DNA of 64,000 bases from Felis catus. Taxonomy: Eukaryota. Below, in pieces: positions 38,612 through 50,066 of this stretch. Numbering within the stretch: the first letter of the stretch is position 1; each line of letters opens with the position of its first letter. Below the pieces are notes generated by a model, which had not been told where the DNA came from, ran no database searches, and saw only the letters and a list, made by a program, of their open reading frames with translations. The position numbers and the translations under genes were made by a program. The stretch is taken from NCBI RefSeq assembly GCF_018350175.1, contig NC_058368.1, positions 16,990,001 to 17,054,000 on the forward strand, read 5' to 3'.

Positions 38612-39060
38612 CATTTTTTTGGTTGGAAATTTTCATACATGCTCAGAAGCAGAAAGAACTGTATAATGAACTTCCATGCACTCATAATCTAAATTTTCAA
38701 TTGTCAAGATTTAATACATTTTTTTTTTTTTAAAAATTTTTTTTTTTTTTCAACGTTTATTTATTTTTGGGACAGAGAGAGACAGAGCAGGAACGGGGGA
38801 GGGGCAGAGAGAGAGGGAGACACAGAATCGGAAACAGGCTCCAGGCTCCGAGCCATCAGCCCAGAGCCCGACGCGGGGCTCGAACTCACGGAGCGCGAGA
38901 TCGTGACCTGGCTGAAGTCGGACGCTTAACCGACTGCGCCACCCAGGCGCCCCGAGATTTGATACATTTTTTATTATTTTCTTTTTTTTTACTGAAGTCT
39001 TTGGAAAAAAATGCCAAATATATTATAATTTCACCCCTACATATTTCACAATTATATACT
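38612..39060 (-). mobile_element. L1MC-like 3' end, split by a SINE
   Basis: ggaaattttcatacatgctcagaagcagaaagaactgtataatgaac...atttcacccctacatatttca. Confidence 0.65.
38720..38953 (-). mobile_element. Young felid CAN-SINE (SINEC_Fc-type)
   Basis: CpG-rich antisense copy, TSD agattt(a/g)atacattttt. Confidence 0.97.
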
Positions 39061-39384
39061 TCAGGATTCTAATGTTAAATTTACTGGGCAGTTTTTTCAA
39101 GACTTTGCCATGTTTTGTCTTTAAAAAAAAAGCTTATTCTTCTCAATTCACATCTAGCAAGAGTAGAGTTAAAAAAAATTAATTTGAAAAACAAATACAA
39201 AAATACATGGAAAAATTTTAGGACACAGATCAATTGGATAGAGCAGATAATATGTTATTTTTCTCATTAATCTTAAAATATTGTGTATTTGCATGTAGTT
39301 GTAAGAACATATTATAGAATAATTCTATTTACCCTTTGCCCAGGATTCCCCAATGATAATCACTTGCAAAAATATAAAATGATA

Positions 39385-39602
39385 GGGGCACCTGAATGGC
39401 TCCATCGGTTGAGTGTCCGACTTCGATTTAGGTCATGATCTCATAGTTCGTGAGTTCGAGCCCCACATCAGGCTCTGTACTGACAGCTCAGAGCCTGGAG
39501 CCTGCTTCGAATTCTGTCTCCATCTCTCTCTGCCCCTTCCCTGTTCATACTCTGTCTCTCTCTCAAAAATAAATAAAACATTTTTAAAAATTTAAAAAAA
39601 TA
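39385..39602 (+). mobile_element. CAN-SINE
   Basis: TSD ataaaatgata. Confidence 0.94.
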
Positions 39603-39738
39603 AACATAAAATGATATCACAACCAAGGTATTGACATTGGTACAGCCAGGATACAGAACATTTCCATCACCACAAAGATCATTCATGTTGCCGTTTTGTG
39701 GCTACCTTCCACTTCCCTCCTGTTCTCATCCCTTTCTT

Positions 39739-41123
39739 TTGTGTATGTGTGTTATTTCATTTTTGCTTCTGTTTTAATTTAAATCCAAGTTAGGTAACAT
39801 ATAGTGGAGTAATGGTTCAGGAATAGAATTTAGTGATTCATCACTTACATATAACACCCGGTGTTCATGCCACCACATGCGCTTCTTAATGCCCATCACC
39901 CATTAGGCCATCCCCCCACCCACCTCCCATCCAGCGACCCTCAGTTAATTCTCTGCATTTAAAAGTCTCTTATGGTTTGTCTCCCTCTCTGTTTTTATCT
40001 TAGTTTCCTTTCCTTTCCTTTATGTTCATCTGTTTTCTTTCTTAAATTCCACATATGAGTGAAATCATATATCTGTCTTTCTCTGACTGACTTATTTCAC
40101 TTAGCATAATACAATTTAGTTGCATCCATGTTGTTGCAAATGGCAAGATTTCATTCTTTTTAATCACCGGGTAATATTCCACTGTGTATATATACCACAT
40201 CTTCTTTTTTAAAAAATATAATTTATTGTTAAATTGACTTCCATACAATACCCAGTGCTCATCCCAACAAGTGCCCTCCTCAATACCCATCAGCCATTTT
40301 CCCCTCTCCCCCCAGCCCCCCATCCACCCTCAGTTTGTTCTCTGTATTTGAGAGTCTCTTATGGTTTGCCTCCCTATCTGTTTGTAACTTTTTCCCCCCT
40401 TTCCATCCCTGATGGTCTTCAGTTAAGTTTCTCAAGATCCACATATGAGTGAAAACATATGGTGTCTTTCTCTGACTGACTTATTTCATTTAGCATAATA
40501 CCCTCCAGTTCCATCCATGTTGCTGCAAATGGCAGTATTTCATTCTTTCTCATTGGCAAGTAGTATTCCATTGTATATATAAACAACATCTTCTTTACCC
40601 ATTCATCTGTTGATGGACATTTAGGCTCTTTCCATAATTTGGCTATTGGTGAAAACACTGCTATAAACATCAGGGTACATGTGTCCCTACGTATCTGCAC
40701 TCCTGTATCCTTTGGATAAATTCCTAGTAAGGCTATTGCTGGGTCATAGGGTAGTTCTATTTGTAATTTTTTTTTGAGGAACCTCCACAATGTTTTCCAG
40801 AGCAGTTGCACCAGTTTGCATTCCCACCAACAGAGCAAGAGGGTTCCCGCTTCTCCACATCCTCACCAGCATCTATAGTCTCCTGATTTGTTCATTTTAG
40901 CCACTCTGACCAGTGTGAGGTGGTATCTCAGTGTACCACATCTTCTTTATCCATTCACCAGTTGATGGACATTTGGGCTCTTTTCTGTAATTTGGCTATT
41001 GTCGATAGCACTGCTATAGAAATCGGTGTGCATGTGCCCTTCTGAATCAGCATTTTTTATCCTTTGGATAAGTACCTAATAGTGCAATTGCTGAGTTGTA
41101 AGGTAGTTCTACTTTAAATTTTT
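39739..41123 (-). mobile_element. Carnivore L1 3' fragment nested in L1MC
   Basis: 3'UTR aaatccaagttaggtaacatatagtg...ataacacccggtg; TSD tgttctcatccc(t/c)ttctt. Confidence 0.9.
40208..40933 (-). mobile_element. Felid L1 3' fragment nested inside the carnivore L1
   Basis: aatttattgttaaattgacttccatacaatacccagtgctc; minus [21 protein letters not shown]...KCPSTDEW; perfect TSD taccacatcttcttt. Confidence 0.92.
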
Positions 41124-42769
41124 TGTTCTCATCCCCTTCTTAATCCATGGTACCCACTGATTTGTTCTCCATGTCTATAATTTTGTGATTTCAGTAATAC
41201 TATATCAGTGGAATCATGCAGTACGTAATCGTTTGTAATTGGCTTTTTCTAGTCCAACATAATTCTCTGAAGATTTATCCATATTGTTAGATTGAACAGC
41301 AGTCTATTCCTTTTTATTGCAAGTAGAACTCCACGGTATGGATCGTCCACAGTTTGTTATAGTATGGTTATTCACACAATGAAGGACACATGGAGTGTTT
41401 ATAGTTCTGCCTTTGATGTCAAGTCTAAAAACTCTTTGCCTAGGCCCAGATCCCTAGCTCTATGTTGAATTGGAGTGGTGAAAGTGGACATCTTTGCCTT
41501 GTTCTCAATCTTAGAAGAAGCATTCAGTCTTTTCCATTCAACATCTTGTTTTCTATAGGTTTCCATAGATGTTCCTTATCAAGTTGAGGGAATTACCTGC
41601 TCTTCCTATTTTTCCAACAACTTTTATCATGAATAGGTCTTGAATTTTGTCAGAAACCTTTTCTATATTGATTAATATGAACATGTGACTTTTGTTCTTT
41701 AGCCTGCTAATAAATTATTCTGATTGATATTCTAATATTGGACCAGCCTTGCATCCCCGAAATAAACTCTGCTTGGACTTGATGTATAAATCTCTTTACA
41801 TATTGCTAAAATCTATTTGCTAACATTTTGATAAGGGATTTTGTGCCTATATTCATAATCTGTAGCTTTGTTTATTTAGGAGGATTTCCTTGGTACTATT
41901 TTTGCCTGGTTTGGGTATCAGTATCACTAGCTTCATAAAATGAATTAGAAAGTGTTCCTTGCTCCTCTATTTCCTGACATTGTATAGAACTGGTATTAAC
42001 TTTTCTATAAACATTTAATGGAAATTTCTGGTGAAAGCATCTATGCTTTCCTTTTTGAGAATTTTTAAATTATGAATTCAATGTCCTTAATAGTTACAGG
42101 GCTCACATTGTGTCAACTGTGACACTTAATGTTTCTCAAGCAGTGGACAAAGAGGTTGTACAATTTGTATGTGTAGAGTTATTCATAGGATTACTTTATT
42201 ATTCTTAGGTGTCTGTGAGTTCTGCAGTTATATCCATGTTTCATCTTGGATATTGGTTATTTCTATGTTCTCTCTTTGTGTCTTTGTCAATCAAGGACAA
42301 ATGTTTGTTTTATCCTACTATAAATATATTCCTAAAATATGATCGCCAAAAGATTACAACTTTTAGATCTATTTTCTTTCCACTTAATTTTTAGACAATC
42401 TTCCAAGAAATATTAAACATAGAGAAGTAAAACAGTTACCTTACAATAATATGATCTTCCCTCATTTTTAAATCCGGGATTCTTTGAAACCAAAGTATTT
42501 GCTTGTTCTCCAGCAGATGATATTTCTGGATACTCTTTATCCCCTTTCACTGTCTTCCATTTTCTGTCTCTTGGTTTGATATCTAAACTAGTTTTATCAT
42601 AGTAGCTATTCAAAGTTTGGTTTTGTACTTTTTACAGTGATTGGTGAGTTGACAAGTTATTTCCAAAGAAAACCTTTTCTTTCGTCTTAATAACCAGAAG
42701 GTCACATTAACAGTTATTATGTCCATTCGTACACGTTTTAGTTCTGAGGGAAAGTTACCAAGTATTAGG

Positions 42770-43228
42770 TATACTAGAGTTCTTCAGACATGAAAGGAAA
42801 TCTATAGGTCTATGTATAAGAGGGGATTTATTATGAGAATTGCCTGGTGTGATTATAGAGGCTAAGCTATGCAGCTAGAGAACCAGAAAAGCCAGTGGTA
42901 TATTTCAGTCTGAATCTGAAGGCCTGAGAACCAGGAGAGCCACTGGTAAAAAGTCCCAGAGTCCAAAGGTCCTCCAAGGTCAGGAGAAGATGGATGTCCC
43001 AGCTCAAGAAAAGACAGAGAAAATTAGCTTTTGTGTCTTTTTGTTCTACTTGTGCCCTTAGTGGATTGGGTGATGCAGGCTCATATTTGTGAGGACAGGT
43101 CTCTTTACTCAGTGTACTGATTCAAATGCTAATCTCTTCTAGAAACACCCTCACAAACACACTTGGAAAAAATGTTTTACCAGCAACCGGGGCATGCTTT
43201 AGCCTAGTCAAATTGACACATAAAATTG
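42770..43228 (-). mobile_element. ERVL solo LTR (MLT2B-like)
   Basis: gaaggcctgagaaccagg...tactgattcaaatgctaatctcttctagaaacaccctcac...agtcaaattgacacataaaatt. Confidence 0.88.
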
Positions 43229-43588
43229 GGAAATTCAGTCAGATTGCAAATGTCCGCTTACAGATATTTAAAGCCAAACAATACCTTAAACAAAAACGTT
43301 GCAGAGGATTCTGATAAAATACCAGAAGGACATATTATAAAATCTATTGCTTTATGATGTCTAAAAAGAGAGGGCATTTATCTTTCTAGCTTGAGTTCAG
43401 GTGAAAACCTTCCAAGAAAGAAGTCAACAAACTAGACAATATCTGGGGGTGCTTTGAGGAAACTTTTACTTTAGTTCATTAAAGAACCAGCAAAGAGATG
43501 TATTTCTAATTTTGTAGCCCAAGTTTGGTGGCCCTTGACATGCTCACAAAAGAAACAGTCTTTGACTACTGGTTATTTCTCAGTGAGA

Positions 43589-43826
43589 TTTATTTATTTA
43601 TTTATTCATTTATTTATTTATTTTTTAATGTTTATTTTTGAGAGAGAGAGAGAGAGAGGGAGAGAGACAGAGTATGAGTGGGGGAGGGGCAAAGAGAGAG
43701 GGAGACATAGAATCCCAAGCAGGCTCCAGGCTCTGAGCTGTCAACACAGAGCCCCACATGAGGCTTGAACCCACAAATGGTGAGATCATGATCTGAGCTA
43801 AACTGACCGGGCCACCCGGGTGTCCC
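43589..43826 (-). mobile_element. CAN-SINE with (TTTA)n tail
   Basis: Antisense SINE, TSD ttct(c/t)agtgag. Confidence 0.92.
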
Positions 43827-45637
43827 TTCTTAGTGAGTTTTAAAACTCTTTATATTTCCAATCCAATTTTGGATCCTTTATATAATTCATTAAGAGACCA
43901 ATTTATTTGCACTTTATCCAACGAGATTTAGTTTCCCCTTCAGTTCTTGACATTTTAGTGACTGTTGTCTCTGAAGTCAGTCAATATTAGCAGGTGCTAA
44001 AGCTGGCACTGAGAGTGAAATTCCTGAACCCTAATTTTCTTTAGTCTATTGTTCCCCAATAAAAAAAAGAATAATGTTTTCTGAAGTGGAACTCTCTAGT
44101 TTAAAAGGATAGCCTCGACAGTAGCCACAGAGAGGGTTGGCTAAGGCGCTCTCACCCGGCACTTGACGGACAGTGTGGACTTTGAGACTTTGAGCAGCAG
44201 CTCCACCAGCACTCAGCCTCCTCCTGCGGGCACTGTCCGCAGGATCATTTCTCAGCACTGCTCTGGCGCCTCTGTTTATTTTCTCATCCAGCTCATCCTT
44301 TCCACCACCAATTACATCCACATGGATGAATCACAAGCTTATAATTTTCTTTTGCTGGGTCCTTAAAGGCACCTCAGGAATTCTTCCTCTCCACACCTGT
44401 ACTTTTCATAGAACATAAATGGCCTTTAGAATCTATAAATAATCCAATCAACACTGAACACTGCCTTCCGTTGCTGACAACTGCTGTTCACTAGGTGCTC
44501 ACACTGGGCCTTCATGCTGTTTGCATCGGCAAATCTTTTCCTTTTACGTTACTCCGTATACATTCTTTGTGCTATTTACTTTGGAGTTTTGAAAAAGAAA
44601 AAAAAAAAGATTCCTCCCACTAATCCTTTCAAAGAAGCATTAGATAATAACATTTTACTTATTTAATGGGGAGATTGAGATAGCTATGTAGTTACAATGG
44701 GGATATTGTTTTTAATCACAGTCATTTGAGTAAGAACATTGTTCATATATGTTTTATGTATGCTTTCTTAAAATTTCTATGACTCATTACAAAGTACTAT
44801 TGTGTGAACCACTGGAACTCTGTTTAACTCAGCTTGATTGGAAAATCATACAAAATATGGAATTGTTCAATGGGAAATCATTATTGAGAATCAAAAGTCT
44901 TCTTCAATTTAAACTCCTTTATGAAGGGCCCCTAAATAGAATGAAAAACTTGTAGTCGCTAGCAAAAAGAGACAAAAATTTCTAAAGAAAAAAACAAAAT
45001 GGGAAAACACAGACATCATTCATAAAAAACTGGGAGCTGTCTTCCATGTACTTTCAGCTTCAACAAACATTTGGTAGGTATTCTATGGATGAAAGCAAAC
45101 TAGAGCAAGTCTTTAATGATCCATTTATAACCCCCTTTTAGAAAAAAGCCACGTAACATTGCATTGAAATAGGAGAAGTTGATATAGAAGCTGCCATGCC
45201 TCCTAATTTGAAAAAGAGCCAAAAGGGAGGGTACATTTTGAGAGAGAAAATAAATATAACCCTTGTGCAGTAGAAATGTAATTCCTGTACGTATCTGTAA
45301 AAGTGTGACCTAAAAGACCTAGTAACCATGTTAATAATAACGTGCCCACCAAATCTTAACAGTTTGCAGAGAAGCCTTAACTGGCTTCAGTCATATCTCC
45401 TGTGCTGCATCACTCTCTCAAGGCTGTGTCCTTGGAACAGCCTCTGGAAATGGGAAAGGCAAGTGGAACCCATATTCCAAGGACACGGGTGGGGGGTGAA
45501 GAGTCTTTGAATGCCTGGGTCAAAGCCAGTCATGTCTGTTTGATGAACTTCTCCCGAATCAGAGTGCTGAAGCAGAAACTTCATCTTATTAGGAGAAGAT
45601 CGAACAACTGGCAGTTGTCAAAGAGCAATGATGTCTA

Positions 45638-45640
<3 letters not shown>

Positions 45641-45669
<29 letters not shown>
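45641..45669 (+). repeat. Pure A29 run
   Basis: Directly visible. Confidence 0.95.
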
Positions 45670-45672
<3 letters not shown>

Positions 45673-46019
45673 CAATTTTTGTCTATATGTAAAAAAAACT
45701 CTCACCTGGAAATTATGTAAGTTAAGAACTGGACAAATATTTTGAAATATTTTATGGAGCCGATGAAAATAGGGAACTTACTCCCCAAATGAGATGTAAT
45801 ACGTATTTTTATCTTATTTTACAAGAATGTCTATATGGTAACAGATGTGTAGTACTGTGGCCTAGGTATTAGAATCAGTCTGCTTTCTTCCAATGGACGA
45901 GAACTATCCCTCAAAGGAATTACCTAAATGCTTTCTGCTTTACAGTTTTTCCATCATAGAAAATTTAGTTTCTAGGTATGTTTTGCAATAAGAAACATGC
46001 AGCAGTAATAATGGTAGCG

Positions 46020-46560
46020 TTACAATTATAATTGCTGTGTAACATATCACCCTAAAGCTTAGTAGCATAAAATGAAATCAATTTATTTTATCTAACAAGT
46101 TCTGTGAAACAGGAATTTGGACAGGACTGGGCTGGGTGATTTTTCTGCTCCTTGGTCTGTTGACGGAGGTCATTTATTGGCACTCCACTGGTGGATGGGT
46201 TGGTTTGGAGAATGCAAGACAATTCCACTCATGTTTCTGGGGATGGCTGAAAGACTAGGTTTAGTTGGGACTGTCAACCAGAGTGTCTAAACTTGATCTC
46301 CATCATGGCCTTCTCAGCGTAGCTGGATTTCTTTCCTGACAGCTGGATTTCCTAGAGAGGTCATCCCAAGGCAGCCAGACAGAGTTTTATCACGTCCACC
46401 ACAATTTCTTGGATACAAGTGAATCACTGGGCCAGCACAGGCTTCAAAGGGCAGAGAATCAGTCTCCATATCTTCATGGGTAGCAGCAAGGTCATATTAT
46501 GAAAGAATTTATAGAATGAGAGATAACACTATAGCCATTTTTAGAATATACATCCTGGAA
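46020..46560 (-). mobile_element. MaLR solo LTR (MLT1G/H-like)
   Basis: ttgctgtgtaacatatcaccctaaagcttagtagcataaaa...caggaatttggacagg. Confidence 0.75.
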
Positions 46561-46894
46561 GATACAATTTGGAAATTCATTTATTGCCCAAGGTCACTTG
46601 AGTAACAAGTAGCAGATCTGATACATTAATGTAAGCCAAGCATGACTCCAAAGACTTTTCCATAAGAATTTTGTCATGAATGTGAGGGAAAGAGAGGAGA
46701 CACGAAGATAGAGGCAGAGACAGAGATAGAGAGAGAATCCTATGTTTTGAAAGCTTATTTTAGGATACAAATTAGATTTTGAAAACACCAAATAGTTTGA
46801 CATTTATCTCACATTAAAAAATACTTATCCTATGAACATATCATCTGAACCAAAGATCCATTAAGATGGGAAATTTATTCTTCACTTTTACCTC

Positions 46895-46980
46895 TTATCC
46901 TTTTTTGTTGCGTTGTGTCTGACATAAAGTTGATGATCAACAAAGATTTGTTGAATGAATGAATGAATGAATGAATGATG
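46895..46980 (+). mobile_element. L2 3' terminus with (TGAA)n
   Basis: gtgtctgacataaagttgatgatcaacaaagatttgttgaatgaatgaatgaatg. Confidence 0.7.
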
Positions 46981-47961
46981 TATACCAATGCTGGCAAAAG
47001 AAACATAACTTGTACTTGGAAAAATAAAGGACAGTCTTAAGTATTTTTTGAGCATGCTTAAAATGTAAGCATTTTATATTTCCTTTGAACTGCCTATTGA
47101 AGCCTACTACCTATCAGATTAGTTTTCCTGTGTACTAGACTTAAAGGGCTTAAGGATATACATTCCCTTCTCCCTCTTTAGCACTAACTTTATGGTAAAA
47201 AATATTTGGATAGAAAGATAAAACAAATAGTTTATGTGTAACAGCATGCTGGTTATTTCACACATAATATTCAATTAAATAAAATGTCTAAAGCATATAA
47301 CACTACAATGAGAAGCATAAACAAATAATGTACCATATTTTTATATTTAAAACCTGAAAAATTGCATGATTTTCAACTTTGACTTGTTATTTAGGAAGCT
47401 ATATTTTAAGGGGCATATAATTATAATGTATATAAATATGTCATATATAGAAATGTTTATCCAATAGCTATACATTTTCTAAAAGTACAGTTCATTTTAT
47501 TACATACTCTGATAAATCTCCTTTCTCTTAAAACATTGGAAACGGATGAATAGTATTCGTTTCTAAATTCTGTCAGAATTTCCCAAGGCAGTAGAGAGGA
47601 TTTTTCCATTGCTTAGGAATGAAGCATTTGGTATAATTTCTTTGCTCGGAGGAAATGTTTCTATATGAGAAAACGCATTGTTGCCATGGTGATACATCAA
47701 AAAATCATTTAAAAAATGCAAGGTGACATAGAACCTCTTCTATTCTGTTTTTGAAAACAGTTCAGATTTTTAAAATATACAAAGAAATTTTATTTTTGAA
47801 AAGTCCTTATAAGGAAACAGTGTAATAAATAAAACCAAATCAAGTCAATATTTGATTTGGTTACATTTCAAACTTATCATGAAAAGAAAACTCATTGGAT
47901 CTCAAGCCAGTCTCCTGATTCCTTTTACTTCATTTGTTAACATTGAAAAATACCTAGCAGA

Positions 47962-48186
47962 GGGGCACCTGGATGGCTCAGTTGGTTAAGCGTCTGACTT
48001 CAGCTCAGGTCATCATCTTAACAGTTTGTGAGTTCAGGCCCCGCACTGGGCTCTGTGCTGACAGCTCAGAACCTGGAGCCTGCTTCTGATTCTGTGTCTC
48101 CCTCTCTCTCTGCCCCTCCCCTGCTCTCTCTCTGTCTCTCTTTCCCTCTCCCCCAAATATAAACATTAAAAAATTATATAAAAAAA
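47962..48186 (+). mobile_element. CAN-SINE
   Basis: TSD gaaaaata(c/t)ctagcaga. Confidence 0.95.
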
Positions 48187-48438
48187 GAAAAATATCTAGC
48201 AGAAAGTGGGTAGTGTGAAGGGATCACCTTTTACTGGTCAGTGTAGAAACACAGAATACATAAATGTATTAAAAAGCATTCTATCCAGCTGTTGGTGGAT
48301 TTCTTTCTTGGGTTTGCTTTATCTACAATTAGCATTATTTAGTGGATTACATTACTCTCCTAATCTCTTAGCTGGTGGGGTGAAAGGTGTCTAGCTATTT
48401 AATGGGTGAGTAAGTGCATTGGAAATGGCATTTGTTAC

Positions 48439-48545
48439 CTATCAGAACTCAGAAGTGATTGTGGTAACAGTTTTGAACATAGCACTTACCTAGGCAGAAA
48501 AAGAGGAAAAGAAAAAGACAATACATTCAAAAGCAAAAATCGCCC
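48439..48545 (-). promoter_or_regulatory. Candidate recursive splice site (3'ss immediately followed by 5'ss) with a 51-nt RS-exon
   Basis: Minus strand gtctttttcttttcctctttttctgcctAG|GTAAGT; second donor gatag|GTAACA 51 nt downstream; motif evidence only. Confidence 0.35.
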
Positions 48546-49207
48546 TCCACTTTGACTTCTCTGTTAAGACTGAGCCAGTCTGTGTCAAAATCTCTTTGTC
48601 GGCCTCTTGGACTTGAATGCCCCATTTAGTTCTGTATCAGTCTTTGCAGCTGGAGAGCCTCCAATGTAAGAGAGGTCAGCTCTCACACATTCAGCCGGCT
48701 TATCTGGCTTTCAGTAATCTGGGCTCCCAACTGCCTATCAGTTAGTTGGTTGAGGCATGCTTGTAGTCATAGCAGTTGGATCCTCTGAGATCTCACCAGA
48801 AGTTAGTCTATCCTGGCTGACAAAACTCTTCAGGCTCATGGGTTTTCTTCGTCTCTGCTAGAGCCAAGTGATTACTTTTATGCAACCACCAGGCCTTACA
48901 CATCTCCCAGGATCCAAAAGCAAATACATATCACCTTCTTGTTTCCAAAAGATCTAAAGTAACCTGAATATTGGCACAAGTTCTTTAACCTTAAAATTGA
49001 ATCTCTCAAAAAACAAACCTACTAAAAAATAAATATAGTCCCTCAACCTATAAATCTTTCTTTCCTTTATTAAATGCAAATCATTACATATTTATAGAAA
49101 CTCTGGAGGAATAGGATAATAATATCTCATGACATAAAGAAATAATTATGAGTCCTTTTTTTCATAATGAAAACTGTTTCTCCTAAAAATTATTTAAAAT
49201 TCACACT

Positions 49208-49392
49208 TGTTTTATTTTTTAAATGTTTAGTTATTTAGTTTTGAGAGAGAGGAAAAAGAGAGAATCCCAAGCAGACTCCACATGTCTACTGCAAAGCCCC
49301 ACATGGGGCTTGATCTCACGAACCGTGAGATCATGATCTGAGCTGAGATCAAGAGTCGGATGCTTAACCAACTGAGCCACCCAGGCGCCCCC
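49208..49392 (-). mobile_element. CAN-SINE
   Basis: Antisense ...gagatcaagagtcggatgcttaaccaactgagccacccaggcgcccc. Confidence 0.93.
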
Positions 49393-49423
49393 AAATCACT
49401 TCTTTTAAATACAGGAATAGTCT

Positions 49424-49508
49424 GTTGAATCACTGTATTTATTATATACCTGAAGCTAATATTACACTGTATGTTAACTAACTGGCATTTAAACAAAAAC
49501 TTGAAAAG
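49424..49508 (+). mobile_element. Very short carnivore L1 3' terminus
   Basis: gttgaatcact...tacctgaagctaatattacactgtatgttaacta, same motif as the L1 end at ~14655-14700. Confidence 0.75.
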
Positions 49509-50066
49509 TGATAGGTAAAATAAAAGTTAAGTAAATAAAATGCACAAATGCTCATTTTAATGCTTTATTCTTTATGACAAAAGAGGCCATTGCTGCTGCT
49601 GCTGTCAGTTCCCTATAAAATGGTATTTGGTTTTTTTTAAGTGAGAATTACCACTTTCTTGGTAATTACCACTTTATGGAATCTTCAGTGCTTTCTTAGT
49701 AACCATATGTTTATAGGTGCAACATTCTTCAGCTTGAAAGTTGGGACTCTATCTTATTTATCTTCACATTTCTGGCACTAGCAGAATGTTTTTCGTATAG
49801 AAGGCGCTCAATTGATGTTTATTTGATAAATAATGTTGTTAAGTCACAGGAGTAAGTAAGTGTTAATAAATGGACCTGAAGATCTTGATCCTAATAATGA
49901 GCTCAGGCAGAAAATGTCTCAGGATTAATTTATACCTGCTAAGTGAGAGCTTTCCAAGGACGACAGGCCAGAAAGAATGTTCAATAATTTTATTCTAATT
50001 TAATTCACAACACAGAAAGGATACTCCAGTTATAGACAAATTTCCTTAGGAGATAATATGAATGAG

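Larger units (their letters stand above)
39285..42290 (-). mobile_element. Old L1MC-like element (3' end plus deleted ORF2), host of nested insertions
   Basis: tcacaaccaaggtattgacattg...gatacagaacatttccatcaccacaa; resumes at 41124; antisense ORF2 at 41460-42200. Confidence 0.8.
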
